DNA of 64,000 nt from Octopus sinensis (GCF_006345805.1 NC_043012.1:37510001-37574000), one strand, 5' to 3'; positions 24,590 to 40,267 are shown, counted from the first letter of the stretch. The notes: generated by a model not told the origin, from the letters alone. Numbers and translations: made by a program.

Positions 24590-24943
24590 GTATATATGTT
24601 GCAAAGTACATTTCTTAATCGCACCACCAAGCCTCGGTCTAAATAAGTTTTCAAATCTTTAAGTTACTACTAAAATTAATAGAATTCTAAATAGTTCGAA
24701 AATTACATTTAAAATTATTTTGCTGTATCAGGAGACAAATCCATACTTTTAATTATAAATAAAAGTCTAATTATAAATATCCCGCTAATTATAAATAGAA
24801 CTGCTGATATAATTAATATTTCTGGATATGTTTATTTTTGTGATATCGTTTGATATTGTATTTAGCCGATATCGCATCGATCGTTTTAGTTTTAGGCGCA
24901 TATGTGTGTTTATATAAGTCTACATACGTGAATGAGTCACTAT

Positions 24944-24982
<39 letters not shown>

Positions 24983-25047
24983 AGTAGATCACACCCAACA
25001 CTCATATATGTATGAATATACTACTACTCTCTCCCTCTCTCGTCTCG

Positions 25048-25089
<42 letters not shown>

Positions 25090-25090
<1 letters not shown>

Positions 25091-25500
25091 TTCCTTATTG
25101 CCCACAGGGGCTAAGCATAGAGGGGACAAACAAGAACAAACAAAGGGATTAAGTTGATTATATCGATCCCAGTGCGTAACTAGTACTTATTTAATTGACC
25201 CGGAAAGGATGAAAGGCAAAGTCGACCTCGGCGGAATTTGAACTCAGAACGTAGCAGCAGACGAAATACCTATTTCTTTACTACCCACAAGTGGTTAAAC
25301 ACAGAGAGGACAAACAAGGACATACAAACAGATTAAGTCGATTACATCGACCCAGTGTGTTACTGGTACTTATTTTATCGACCCTGAAAGGATGAAAGGC
25401 AAAGTCGAACTCAGCGGAATTTGAACTCAGAACGTAGCGGAAGCCGAAATACCACTAAGCATTTCGCCCGTCGTGCTAACGTTTCTGCCAGCTCGCCGCC
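25090..25500 (-). mobile_element. Dimeric tRNA-derived SINE, family S2
   Basis: Same two-core structure and same junction as 21915-22298. Monomeric or partial S2 copies lie near 12880-13095, 17650-17830, 37975-38190, 42030-42220 and 55830-56300. Confidence 0.8.
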
Positions 25501-25511
25501 TTCATATGCAT

Positions 25512-25551
<40 letters not shown>

Positions 25552-25561
25552 TATATATATT

Positions 25562-25627
<66 letters not shown>

Positions 25628-25646
25628 ATATACATACATACATACA

Positions 25647-25682
<36 letters not shown>

Positions 25683-25690
25683 TACATATG

Positions 25691-25730
<40 letters not shown>

Positions 25731-25772
25731 CGTGTGTGAGTGTCTGTGTGTAAACAGATTCCAAGAGAACTG

Positions 25773-25816
<44 letters not shown>

Positions 25817-26076
25817 ATATACACACATATAATTTATACACATGAGTGAGTTTGAATTTGTGTGTGTGTGTGTGTGTATGTAATTTATAGAGAATGATTA
25901 CGATAAAAATATGATTGTATGTGTCAGATGTGGGAAGTGGAAATAACGGTGAAGGACGAAAAGAGGAGAAAAAAAAAGTCACGTATAAACTCGTTTCATC
26001 AGCCAAGACTATCTTCCCAGAATCATGGTGGTTTCGGCGCTTAGGAAAATTTGTTTTTGTTGATTGCACACACACA

Positions 26077-26228
26077 CGCACGGCCACACACGTCCGCACG
26101 GCTACACACGTCCGCACGGCCACACACGTCCGCACGGCCACACACGTCCGCACGGCCACACACGTCCGCACGGCCACACACGTCCGCACGGCCACACACG
26201 TCCGCACGGCCACACACGTACGCACGGA
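26077..26228. repeat. 18-bp GC-rich minisatellite (cgcacggccacacacgtc) x8
   Basis: Direct inspection; embedded in a (CA)n tract. Confidence 0.95.
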
Positions 26229-26232
26229 CACA

Positions 26233-26338
<106 letters not shown>

Positions 26339-27291
26339 AAGGGTGACCTAGAAAGTTACCCTCTGAGTCACAAGTCCGGGAAACGTTGTTTAAGGAAGAC
26401 CAGCAGTCGCCCATGCATATCAGCATCTCCTCTCCACGCCACCGATGTTATCCAAGGGAAAGGCAAAGGGGCCGATACAGCTTGGCACCTGTGACGTCGC
26501 AGCTCATTTCTACAGCCATACATAAGGCAAATAAATCGAATATTCGCGATTTGGATTTCCAAAACAGCGCGGTGCAGCGAGTTCTTGTGCAAGAGCCTTA
26601 TTTCAAGTTCCTTTGCAATCATTTCGACAAATGCCGTGTGTCACGCAGTGCACCTGTGCTGGTTATGTCCATTTAATGGAGAGAATGACCTAATGTACAG
26701 CACAATTCTTTTGAACATTATAAACAAATCATCTGCGCAGATTGTTCAGCAAAAAGTAACGGAATCCTCTTTTTGTGTTTACGACAGAAAAGTCCACGAT
26801 ATGTTTACCTATGTTAGTGTTTTTATACCTGTTGCGTACAGCCAGAATTTTTCTCAACGGCAAACAGCTGTGACTACGGCCTCTTTGCGGACTAAATGTG
26901 TTCCCTTCAGGACAGATAGATAAACAGACAGACAGTCAAACAGGCAAGCAGGCAGACAAGAAGGCAGACAGGTAGACAGACAGACAGATAGATAGACAGG
27001 GAAATAACCCAGAAATCGTGATACACAGATATTATTTTGAGCTGAGTGGGGGTGCTAGATTCCCTTGTTCGAAAATATAAGGACACAGATCGTGTCGTAT
27101 AGCCAGCTGGAGATGATGTCTCCTGGGGCTAAATTACAGCAACATTCGTCCTTAACCAGGACTGCCATGTTATGTTGGCAAACAATCTTTACTCCAAAGT
27201 ACTGTTGCTGAATATCTCTCGTTGTGAGATTTAGAAATCGTAATTTTCTAATGTCTGTCTATTTGTCTGTCAGCCTGCCTGTCTGTCTGCC

Positions 27292-27336
<45 letters not shown>

Positions 27337-27337
27337 G

Positions 27338-27393
<56 letters not shown>

Positions 27394-27394
27394 C

Positions 27395-27449
<55 letters not shown>

Positions 27450-27450
27450 C

Positions 27451-27511
<61 letters not shown>

Positions 27512-27853
27512 CACGACTGTATGTATCGTTTCAGTTTTAAGTCATCGAGACATATTAGGTCACAGCTTGATCTGATAGCGTCGCATTAAGAACAATTATA
27601 ATCCATATTTGACGAGGCATTATCGGAATTCGAGGAGGACAGCTTCACTGTGACATAACAATAGATTTAAAGAAAATAACGCGAGAAACAGTTGCAGGCG
27701 TGATTGTGAGACTTAAAGCTTGCTTCCCAACCACATCGTTCCGGGTTCAGTCCTACTGCTGGCACCTTGGGCAAGTGTTTTCTATGTATGTATGTATGTA
27801 TGTATGTATGTATGTATGTATGTATGTATGTATGTATGTATGTATGTATGTTT

Positions 27854-27920
<67 letters not shown>

Positions 27921-28568
27921 CGCAACTGAAATATAGGATAAAATCTTTATAAGAATTTATCAAGTGGTTAGCGCGTAAAACCCCATAAGGGAAAAATCCT
28001 TCAGTTATTCCTCTTAAACATATTTATTTATATTAAGGGCCTTACTATACATAAAGGCCCTTAATATGAATCAAAATATCTATCTATGTTGAGAGCTGGC
28101 AGAACTGGGGCGTCGTAAGTGTGCGGCTGATTGACTGAGAAATGATGATGCACCTTAATAAAGGGGTGGTCGGCCGAGATTGGGAGCGGGGTCGCACGTG
28201 TGGGAGTGGCTAGCTGAATGCCTGCGTTCAAATCACACAGAAGTCGATTTTGTCGTTTATATTTCCAAGATCGATAAATAAGTACATATGTACGAGTAAA
28301 GACGCACGCGGATCGATTCATTGCAGCAGAATGTATTGGTACTCTCACTTGAAATAATCAATATGTGTGTGTGTGTTTGCATGAAAGTCTGTCTGCGTGT
28401 GTATGAATGATATATATGTGTGGGTGGATGTGGGTGTATGATATATTTTAAATCATGATATATATATAATTATATATATATATATATTATACACACACAT
28501 ACATACATACATACATATATATATATATACATATAATTACGAGCATACTTACATATGGACATACGTAC

Positions 28569-28623
<55 letters not shown>

Positions 28624-28632
28624 TATATATAT

Positions 28633-28670
<38 letters not shown>

Positions 28671-28787
28671 TATCCTTACATGATATATGCATATATGTAT
28701 CTGTATAGATATCTATACTTATATCTATTTACCTATTTATGTGCCTATGAATCTATCAGTCTGTATGTCTATTTAATGATCTATCTG

Positions 28788-28850
<63 letters not shown>

Positions 28851-29139
28851 GTCTATCTATCTATCTATCAATATCTATCTATCTATCTATCGAACGCACA
28901 GCTAACGTTTTTCTAACATAGACATAAAAAATCAGAATTAGAAATCAGTGTGGTACTGGGGTAGTTTCAGGGTGGGTGAGGGTGACTTAAGTAAAGATCT
29001 TGTGTCTTAAGATCAGAACTAGTTAAATCTGTGAAGCTGTCCGCGCTGAAAATCGAAAGTAAAAAAAAAAATCCAAAAAAATCGATCAACTTTTCTCAAG
29101 CGCCCACACATAAACCTATCTATATGCATGTGTTTGTGA

Positions 29140-30210
29140 ATGTATGTATGTATGTATGTATGTATGTATGTATGTATGTATGTATGTATGTATGAATGTA
29201 TGTATGTATGTATGTATGAATGTATGTATGTATGTATGTATGTATGTATGTATGAATGTATGTATGTATGTATGTATGTATGTATGTATGTATGTATGTA
29301 TGTATGTATGTATGTGTGTATGTATGTATGTATGTATGTATGAATGTATGAATGTATGTATGTATGTATGTATGTATGTATGTATGTATGTATGTATGTA
29401 TGTGTGTATGTATGTATGTATGTATATATGTATGTATGTTTGTATGTATGTATGTATGTATGTATGTATGTATGTATGCATGTATGTATGTATGTATGTA
29501 TGTATGAATGTATGTATGTATGTATGTATGTATGTATGTATGTATGTATGTATGTATGTGTGTATGTATGTATGAATATATGTATGTATGTTTGTATGTA
29601 TGTATGTATGTATGTATGTATGTATGTATGTATGTATGTATGCATGTATGTATGTATGTATGTATGTATGTATGTGTGTATGTATGTATGTATGTATGTA
29701 TGTGTATGTATGTATGTATGTATGTATGTATGTATGTATGTATGTATGTATGTATGTATGTATGTATGTATGTATGTATGTATGTATGTATGTATGTATG
29801 TATGTATGTATGTATGTATGTATGTGTATGTATGTGATGTATGTATGTATGTATGTTGTATGTATGTATGTATGATGTATGTATGTATGTATGTATGCAT
29901 GTAGTATGTATGTATGTATGTATGTATGTATGTGTGTATGTTGTATGTATGTATGTAGTATGTATGTATGTATGTAGTATGTATGTATGTATGTATGTAT
30001 GTATGTATGAATGTATGTATGTATGTATGTATGTATGTATGTATGTATGTATGCATGTATGTATGTATGTATGTATGTATGCATGTATGTATGTATGTAT
30101 GTATGTATGTATGCATGTATGTATGTATGTTTGTATGTATGTATGTATGTATGAATGTATGTATGTATGTATGTATGTATGTATGTATGAATGTGTGTAT
30201 GTATGTAAGT
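29140..30210. repeat. About 1.1-kb (TATG)n microsatellite, followed by degenerate TA/TG-rich sequence to about 31100
   Basis: Direct inspection; source of the 365-aa and 413-aa artefact ORFs. Confidence 0.97.
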
Positions 30211-31911
30211 ATGTATGTGTGTGTGTATGTATGTATGTATGTGTGTATGTATATATGGATGGATGTATATATATATGTAAGTATATAGGAATGTATGCAT
30301 TTGAGTATGTATGTATGTGTGTAATATATGTGTATGTTTGTATGAATATATGTGCATGTGTGTGTCTATTTGTATGTGTATATATATATATATATATTAT
30401 ATATATATATATTATATATATATATATGTGGTGTGTGTGTGTGTGTGTGTACGTATGTGTATACTTGTTTGTATATATGTGGATGTATGTTTCTGTATGT
30501 CTATATGTGCATACAAGTATCTATTTGTATTATATGTGTATGTATGTATGTATATATATATATAAATGTATATATGTGTGTGTATGTGTCTGTGTATTTA
30601 ATGTATGTATATATTCGTATATATGTTAAGTAAGTTTCGATGTATTTGTGTATGTATGCGTGAATGTGTATATGTCTGTGTATGTAAGAATGTATGCATG
30701 TATATGTGCAATGTATATGTATATTTGTACGTATGTGTATATGTCTGTGTATATGTATATTTGTACGTATGTGTATACGTATGTGTATATGTCTGTGTAT
30801 GTAAGAATGTATGCATGTATATGTGCAATGTATATGTATATTTGTACGTATGTGTATGTATGTATGTACACCAAAGATGCGAGTGCGTGCTTTTATGTGT
30901 GTATCTAAGTACGTATGTGAGTATACATATATATATGCATGTGTGTATGTATTTATATATATAAATGTGTATATATGCGTGTATATGTATCTATGCATGG
31001 TTGTATATGCTTGTATGTTACGTAAATTGTGAACGTGTGCATGTGTATATATGTATATATATATGTGTTTATGTGTGTATGCATCTATTATCTTTTACTT
31101 GCTTCAGTAAGATACACACAGACACACAGATAGAGATACACACAGACACACAGACACAGATACACACACACACACATATATGCAATGGGCTTCTTTCACT
31201 CGCATAGCGTAAGGCTATAGTAGAAGAAACCTGCCCAAGGTGTTAATCAGAGGGACGGAAACCAGAGCCATATTTTTGTGAAGGAAGGTTCTTGTCACAC
31301 AGTCGCAATCTTTTTTTCTTTAAGGAACTTAAATTCTTCCCAGAGTTCAAACCGGTAACTAACAAAACGTCCAGACGCCTTTGAGAATTAAGGAATCCGT
31401 AAAGGGGCTTGTGTATTAACGGATATACTTACAGCCCTATAACAGCTCTGCATGTTCCTATACAATGCTGTATGTGTAGATACACTTCCATATGTCTATT
31501 GCATGTATGTAGGCGTGTGTACATATGTGTGTGTGGAGTGTGTGTGAACACATGTGACTGGGTGCATATGTTCATTCTAGGAATCTCGAATGAAGAATCG
31601 TTGAATTGCTTCACAAATCTTCCTTGTACCAATAATCGATAGGATTTGCAAGACTCGTGTTAGTTTAATTTGTTTTTCCTCTTTGAAAATCCTATAATTT
31701 CCAGATTTTATGCAAATCCCTTGTTATATATCCCCGTACACCATGATACTTAGCACAAACGATAATCTATCGTAAGACTACAAAAGTTCTAACTCTTGTA
31801 TCAGTTGACCGCAGATTCTGCCAACTGACCTCATATCTGTACCTTCATTCATCTTCCTCGTATAACACTCTTAACTATATGTGTATGCGTGCATACATGC
31901 ATACATGTATG

Positions 31912-31945
<34 letters not shown>

Positions 31946-31983
31946 TGTATGTATGTATGTATGTATGTATGTATGTATGTATG

Positions 31984-32017
<34 letters not shown>

Positions 32018-32194
32018 TGTTTGCATGTATGTATGTTTGTGTGTATGTATGTATGTATGTATGTATGTATGTATGTATGAATATATACATGTATGTATGT
32101 ATGTATGTATGTATGTATGTATGTATGTATGTATGTATGTATGTATGTATGAATTTATGTATGTATGTACATGTATGTATATGCATGTATGTAT

Positions 32195-32560
32195 GTCATT
32201 GTTCAGTTTTATTTCAAAATTTCTTGCCAATAAAGAACCGGTTTCTAACCCAGATCCAAGGCTACTTCATTGGAATTTCAACATCAACAACAGGGTATTT
32301 TTGTATGTATGTATGTATGTATGTATTTATGTATGTATGTGTGTGCAGATTTGTATGTTTTACGTATGTATTCTCACGCATATAGCATGAGAATACATAC
32401 ATATCTAGACATGCTCATATATATTTGAATGATAAACTTCTGGAAAGTTTTACAGATTTTTACAGTTCCAGTGATGGATTGGATCTGTAGTCTTCGAATT
32501 AGCTTTCTCCTTTCTGGTTTTGAGAAGCCTAATTTCTCAAGATTGGTATTTAGGTAGTGT
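32195..32560 (-). mobile_element. 3'-end fragment of an RLE-type non-LTR element (family distinct from the Dong-like copies)
   Basis: Minus translation LEKLGFSKPERRKLIRRLQIQSITGTVKICKTFQKFII (about 32541-32428) resembles the LQK..LLGT..I.R..L terminus of the other RLE fragments. Confidence 0.45.
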
Positions 32561-35272
32561 GTTTATGTATGTATTATATATGTATGTAAAGGCGCGTAGC
32601 TTAGTGGTTAGGGGTATTCGGTTCACAATCTTAACATTGTGAGTTCGATTCCCGGCGACGCATTGTGTACTGGAGTAAGACATTTTATTTCAAATTCATC
32701 CAGTCCACTCTGGCAAAAATGTGTGGTACCAATAATTCAAAATGAGTGGTACCAATAATTCAGCTGGAACCCACGTCGACGTAAGCGACGGAATGCCAGG
32801 GTTCTGTGTGTATGTATGTATGCATGCGTGTGTGTGTGTATGTTGTGCGTGTGCATGTATGCGTATGTGTATGTGAATGTGGTGTGTGTATGTTTGCGAA
32901 CCGAATGCGACGATAACTCCACCTACATCACTTACACGACCACTCTTAGCATTTTCTCCTCTACCCGCACCTCAATCATCATTATCATCATCCTCATCAT
33001 CACCATGATTGCTACTAACATCACCGTCATCATTATCAGCATCATCTTCATCATCACCTCCACCTCCACCTTCCACCTCCACCACCACCACTATCACCAC
33101 CGTCATCATTATCATCGTCATCATTATCATTACCTTCGTCGTCGTCGCACTCGTCATCATCAACCTCCTCCTCTCCCTCCTCCTCTTCCTCCTCCTCCTC
33201 CTCATCATCTTCTTCCTACTCCTCCTCCTCATCATAACCATCAACATCACCATCATCGCCATCCTCATAATAATGCTTAATCCTTTTAAGTATCTATCAG
33301 TGACCGTGTGTTGATCAGCGCCCTCTACCGGCTGATTACAATGACGAGTTGTTTCAGTCTAAACAGCTTCGGCTTTCGTTAAAGGTTATCAGCGTCAAAC
33401 AATAAACAATTTACCGAATTTAAATGTCAGACAAGCTTTTCTCCGACCAATTTAATTAGCATTACCTGATTTAGACAGGTGTAGACATGTTACATTTAAT
33501 GCAAACCACATTCGACTTATTACAGCAGAACATTCTAATAAATCAATGAGGCTTTTTCTTTGACAATAAAATATAATAGCTTTTTATTTTTATATATATT
33601 TCTATAGACTCGACTGATTTTTTTTATCTTATAACTAGTTTCAGTTATTGGACTGCGGCCATGCTGGGGCACGACCTAGAAGGGTTTTGAATCGAACAAA
33701 TCGACCCCAAATCAACTTAGTCTATCGGTATCTTTTACCGGAGCGCTAAGTATCGAGGATATAAGCAAACCAGCAAAAATTGACAGGTGGTCAAGGGACA
33801 AACACATACACATAAAGTTACACACAAATAAATACTCACACACACACACACACACACACACATCTTTTATCTTTTACTTGTTTTAGTTATAAGGCTGTGC
33901 CCATGCTGGAGGCACTGTTGCCTTGAAGAATCTTTTAGTCAAATGGTTCGACAACAGTACTTATTTTTTAAGGTCTCTTGCCGAACCACTAAGTTACGGA
34001 TACGTAAACATACCAATACCGGTTACAAAGCAGTAGCGGTGGACAATTGCAGACGCAAAGAAACACACACACACAGACACACACAAGACGGGCTTCTTTT
34101 AGTTTCCGTCTATCAAATCCAGTCACAAGGCCTTGGTAGAAGAGACTTGCCCAATGTGTCACGCAGTGGGACTGAACTCAGGATAACACTGTTTGCAAGC
34201 AAGCTGCTTAACCACACGACCAAATTTGCTTAAGTTTTCCAATAATTTAGAAAAGCCATAATTTCTATCTAGAAATTATGTTCTTAAAGATGAATTATAT
34301 ATTTCGTATTTGAATGTTAGTATTTAACAGGAATGGATGTGTGTTTAGGAAACTCGCTTTGCAACCGCGTGTACATCTACCTTCTTTTATTCATTTACTT
34401 GTTTCAGTCATTTGACTGCGACCATGCTGGAGCAATGTCTCGAAGGGCTTTTAGACGAACAAGTCGAACCCGCGACTTAATTTTTTCAAAGCCTAGTATT
34501 TATTCTGTCGGTCTCTTTTGCCGAACCCCTAGTCTACGGGGACGTAAACAGACCAACACCACTTGTCAGGTGGTGATAGGGTGGGGACAAACACAGACAC
34601 AAAACACGCTCACCAGCATAAATATATACATACATACATACATACATATATACATACATACATACATACATACATACATACAAACATACATACATACATA
34701 CATACATACATACATACATACATACATACATACGTATAGTCAGTAAGCAACTCTCCATCCATTAGGATGTGAACGAAGTTTTTAAAATGTTTGCCCTGAA
34801 GAGATTTTTACTTTTTAAATGCATATGCAATCTTAATTAAAAATATGAATGAAGGTAAGAAATTGAAACGTACGTAGGCGATATGAAACTGACTATTATA
34901 TAAATAAATAAATAAATTGTTTCTGGGTTCAAACACCACGGCAGTTCGTGTGAACTCTTATGTTTAATGATGGAACATTAAAAGGCAAATTTTTGTAGGC
35001 GATAAGAAAATATTTTATTATTAAAATTTTGTTCTCCTATATCGAATGGATAAAAACATCTATAATGACAACTGGAACTTCATAAGTGTTGACATTAAAT
35101 GCTAACACAAGTTAATGGATTCCAAGTATGTAATCGATATGGCGCTAAACTGGTGTAAGCTCGGATAAAATACATCCCTGTGAAAGATCAACCTATTTCC
35201 ATTCGATACTATATAGGTGTCCCACAGTGGGACTGAACCCGGAACCATGTGGTTGGAAAGCAAGCTTATGCT

Positions 35273-35307
<35 letters not shown>

Positions 35308-36020
35308 ATCTATTCTTTTATTCTTTTATTTGTTTCAGTCATCAGACTGTGGTCATGCTGGAGCAACGCCTTGTATTGTATATATGTATATATTTATGTG
35401 TGTGTGTGTGTGCGTATGAGAGTGAGTGTGTGTATGTATGAGTGTAGGTGTGTGTGTGTGTCTGTGAAATGTTTGTTAGATGAGTTGCTAAATAATTCTT
35501 CCTGCACTGTTTACAGACCACACAACATTGTTTTAAAAACTCGCGGCTGTCTGATGATCAGTAACTTGAACCACCGGGTGATAGCTCGCCTTGCAGCTTC
35601 AATAAAGTGCTACATACACACACACATGCACACACACATGCACACAGACAGACACTCATACACGTACATGCACACAGACACATACGAACACACACAGACA
35701 TACGCAGACATACACATACACACATACAGACTCACACACAGACACGCACAAGCACACACGCACACATACACAGCAAACATGCATGCATAAATATCACACA
35801 GACAAACGCACACAGATGCACCAATGCAGACACACGCGCACACACAGACACGCACACGCAACACGCACACATACATAGAACGCACACACACACACGTAGA
35901 CATACGCACACAAACACAGACACAGACACACACACGCCCACGCAACACGCACATAAATACAGAAACACAGACATATGCACACAGAAACACACACACACAC
36001 ATACCCACGCACACGCAGAC

Positions 36021-36056
<36 letters not shown>

Positions 36057-37936
36057 ACACACGCACACAGACACACACACAAACACGCATACACACGCAA
36101 ACGCACACACACGCACACATATACAGATTGTCCTCGACATTGGGCAAGACGGTAATTATTAGCGGAAGTCTTCTCAGCAATTCGTTTGAGAGAAGCTAAC
36201 GACGTCTCCTGTGAATTGAACAAAGTTTTAGTGGAAAGACGGGAATAGGTAAAGGAGAAACGAATAAGTACCTGGAGATACGCCTTGCGGACAGTAAGAA
36301 GCATCCATGGCCTTTCAAGACGAAAATACGATGCAAAGAGATATTCAGAACCTTGTATAAGGGCGAGTTGTAATTAGGGTCGGGATAGAATGACGAGATT
36401 AAAGAACAGAAACATCATCAGAACTGGCTGGAGATTAGAGGGGGGCGATTAAGAGAGGCTAAAATATCAGCAGTTCAGATATCAGAGATAAGAAATAGGT
36501 TGTAAGATAATCAAATGTCATTCTGTTAATTAAGGAAATAGTCATCGAAACACACGTCTTCTTTTTATTTTCTGCTTTGTCAAGAAACCTAAAACCTTTC
36601 CGATGTTATTTTGTCAAAAACAAAACGAAAAAAAAAAAAAAACAAAAGCAAAACAAAAGGATCGATGGATGGAATAATCCTTCACAAATCAATGGAAACG
36701 TAGAAATCTATTTTCAAAGATTGAAGAAGTATTTTGTTTCGGTGTTAATAAAAGGCCATTCTTTTGGTTCTTTACAGTTGAAGATGCGAGGAAGTTAATG
36801 GAAAGCGATTGAGGCAGGTGAGGAATTACGTTCAAAATCGATAACGGATTTGATGGAATTGATGACAGAAAATGGCGGATGTCTTGGACTGAAATATAAA
36901 TGTAAATAAAAAAAAAAGTGGAGTTGTGTTTTTGTTCTGAAAATAGGTTTTGCTGGTTTAGCATTAGAAATTGTTGTTGTTGTTGTTGAGCAGGTCTGTT
37001 CGCATGAACATTCCAGCATCACCATGTATTTTTCTTTGCTTTTTCCATAAAAGGCAGGGTGCGAACTGAATGAAATTTGGCCGCTATTTTTGGCGTCTAC
37101 CTTAAAGTTCCCTTTGTTAGTCGGTTATAGTAATGGTACGTGCTGTACAAGAAATATTGTAATAAAGAAGCTTACAACATCAAAGCGTGTTCGAAGAAGG
37201 AATAAAAACCATTCTGATATAAAATACCAATTCCATACGTATTAGGCAGAATAATGAATTAGGTCATACGCATGGCTAACTATCGAAATATCGAAATATC
37301 AGGTTCTAAAGATTCACTCAGTGTAGGAAAACCGATTTACTTAAAAACAAAATAAAAAAAACAAAACAATACAAAACAAGACAAAAATCATTTTGGAATC
37401 AATAACGTGACTAAAGGTTAAAAACAACCTGAAATAAGCAATTTTTGACATGTATTGACGACTTCTGCTGATATAAATCTTGTTAGTGGAAGTGAAGCAA
37501 TCCCAGGCGGTGACAGATAACAGGTTAGCTAAACTGTAAGATCTATTTGTTGGATGTGGGACGTTGGAGAACGCATCTTTTTACCTGTTTTCACAGTCGT
37601 TATTGTGGTAAGTCGTATACGTGGTTATATTAGACTGGAAGTCCCCTCCTACCTCACTACGTCATTGATGCTTTATACATCGACTTTTCAAGAATGACAG
37701 ATACCTGTTACTTTGACGGGATTTGAACTCAGAGCTCAAAAGAGCCGGAACAAAAAAGACTGCAGAGCATTCTCTCGGATGCATTGCCGTGTCTATCATC
37801 TATTGTCTTAAACGGAATAAATTCTTCATTCAATAACACCAACAGGAACTTCTAATTTGTCTCGTGAGGTCTCTGGGTGAGACTTGGAGACAACTAGTAC
37901 AAACGCAAAGCAAAAGTTAAACATAAAATAATAATA

Positions 37937-37985
<49 letters not shown>

Positions 37986-38212
37986 TTCTTTATTGCCCAC
38001 AAGGAGCTAAACATGGAAGGGACAAACAAGGACAGACAAAGGGATTAAGTCGATTACATTGACCTTAGTGCGTAACTGGTACTTAATTTATCGACCCCGA
38101 ATGAATGAAAGGCAAAGTCGACCTCGGCGGAATTTGAACTCAGAACCTAAAGGCAGACAAAATACTGCTAAGCATTTCGCCCGGCGGGCCGCTACTGCTG
38201 CTGCTGCTGTTG

Positions 38213-38281
<69 letters not shown>

Positions 38282-38422
38282 TCAACAGGATTATTAGGAG
38301 GATCCTAAAAATTGAAAGACTAATGAACATTTGTGGACACCCAACGTTGCAGACAGTAACCTGTTATCCACATAAGTCCTACCAAGAATAAGACCGAACC
38401 TGATCCAAATCAAAATAATGAA

Positions 38423-38482
<60 letters not shown>

Positions 38483-38547
38483 GAGGAGAATAATTTTAGA
38501 TGGAGGGGATTAGTCGACTACATCGACCCCAGTTCTTAACTGGTATG

Positions 38548-38860
38548 CAAGATATTGTTGTAAACAACGAAAGCAATGAAGTCTGTTTATTGATCGCCAT
38601 GACTATCCCTTGTGACCACAATATTTAGGCAAAAGAATTTAACAAACTCAGAAAATATAAAAAAATTGCTCATTGAAATCGAAAAAAAAATGCGGCATCT
38701 CAAAGTGATGAAAGTACCAGTAATTGCAGGGGCACCAGGAATAATCAAAAGCGGAAGTCAAAATTATTTGGAAGCCATCTCTGCAAGAAGTGCAAAGGAT
38801 TGTATTTAACTGACACGTCACACGAATCGAGGAGAGCAGAGTCGCTGGGAGAATGACTAG
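38548..38860 (+). mobile_element. Degraded R4/Dong-like LINE RLE fragment
   Basis: [62 protein letters not shown] parallels 8909-9214. Confidence 0.75.
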
Positions 38861-38926
38861 CAGCCACGTTGATAATTTTTTTCTACACAACTGTATCTGA
38901 TTTTGTAAGGAACAATCTGGTGTGCT

Positions 38927-38998
<72 letters not shown>

Positions 38999-39051
38999 AT
39001 GTATGTATGTATGTATGTATATATTATATATATATATATATGTATGTATGT

Positions 39052-39095
<44 letters not shown>

Positions 39096-39152
39096 GTAGT
39101 ATGTATGTATGTATGTATATATATATATGTGTGTGTGTGTGTGTATGTATAT

Positions 39153-39187
<35 letters not shown>

Positions 39188-39189
39188 CA

Positions 39190-39236
<47 letters not shown>

Positions 39237-39237
<1 letters not shown>

Positions 39238-39428
39238 GGGAGAGTTTACGAAAAAAACCAAAAGACGAAGACAGGTAGTGTACAAAACAAACAGATGCAT
39301 TAGTATAACGCTCAGGAATAGAAAAAGTCTTTTACGTTTCGAGCCTACGCACTTCTACAGAAAGGGACACAGAAAAAACAAGGAGAGAAAACAATGTGTG
39401 TAGTGGCTAACGATCTATCATGGCGACT
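39237..39428. repeat. Interspersed repeat family B, second copy (hammerhead-like motif, minus strand, 39329-39364)
   Basis: Homologous to 10720-10911. Confidence 0.75.
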
Positions 39429-39543
39429 GCCATATATATACATATATATAATCTTAATAATAGCATAGGGTAAAATGAACGAATTAATAATTTTACCAAG
39501 TAGTCAGTACGTTAAAAAATTTTTTTAGGTAAATTATACAAAA

Positions 39544-39852
39544 TATTCTATAATTATATACATAATTATAATCAGGGGTCATCTAAGTGCCTCGCCATGT
39601 ACTGAATTAGAAATAGACACTAATGTCTTTTCAGCTACCATAAAAATGTCCGAGACAATAACACACTTTTTTATGTAGGTGAAAAGAAAAATGATGAGTC
39701 CACACGACTTCGGTTAATCACAGACGCGTTTCGAACTTAAAGTAAATTAAATTAAATTATTTGGTATTTGAAAAGACAGCGTCTATTTCTAATTCTGTAC
39801 GTGGCAAGGCACTTAGCTGACCCCTGATTATAATTATGTATATAATTATAGA

Positions 39853-39855
<3 letters not shown>
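39544..39855. repeat. Imperfect inverted repeat, arms 39544-39640 and 39762-39855
   Basis: cataattataatcaggggtcatctaagtgcctcgcca... versus ...tggcaaggcacttagctgacccctgattataattatg. Confidence 0.85.
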
Positions 39856-39924
<69 letters not shown>

Positions 39925-40098
39925 AAACATTATTATCGAGTTAGAAAACAGAGATCTATTTGGTACAAATTAATTAATTAATAATCAACTTATTCACCTA
40001 CAATTGTTTAATTTCACAATTGTAGGTAAATATGCTGATTATTAATAAGTTAATTGTATCCATTAGATCTCTCTTTTTCTAACCCGATAATAATGTTT
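39925..40098. repeat. Long imperfect AT-rich hairpin (about 80-bp arms, about 9-nt loop)
   Basis: aaacattattatcgagttagaaaa...cacctacaattg [loop] caattgtaggtaa...tttctaacccgataataatgttt. Confidence 0.85.
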
Positions 40099-40214
40099 GA
40101 TGTTTTATGATATTTTATATAATATTTCATTGAAGAAACATCTCTATAAGAGGTTTAGATATCCTCAATGTGACTATATATAATATATATATATATATAC
40201 ATACATATACATAC

Positions 40215-40255
<41 letters not shown>

Positions 40256-40267
40256 ATATATATATAG

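Noticed and set aside
25991-26004. Minus-strand CTGATGAAACG
   Set aside because: The core halves overlap with no stem II.
29019-30629. 365/413/262-aa ORFs and similar YIHT, CVCV, IYIY, LLLL ORFs throughout
   Set aside because: Translations of (TATG)n, (CA)n, (TA)n and (ATT)n microsatellites.
32590-32670. tRNA-like sequences (also 3165-3240, 7503-7565, 56943-57005)
   Set aside because: A/B boxes without a full cloverleaf, each continuing into a SINE body; these are not tRNA genes.
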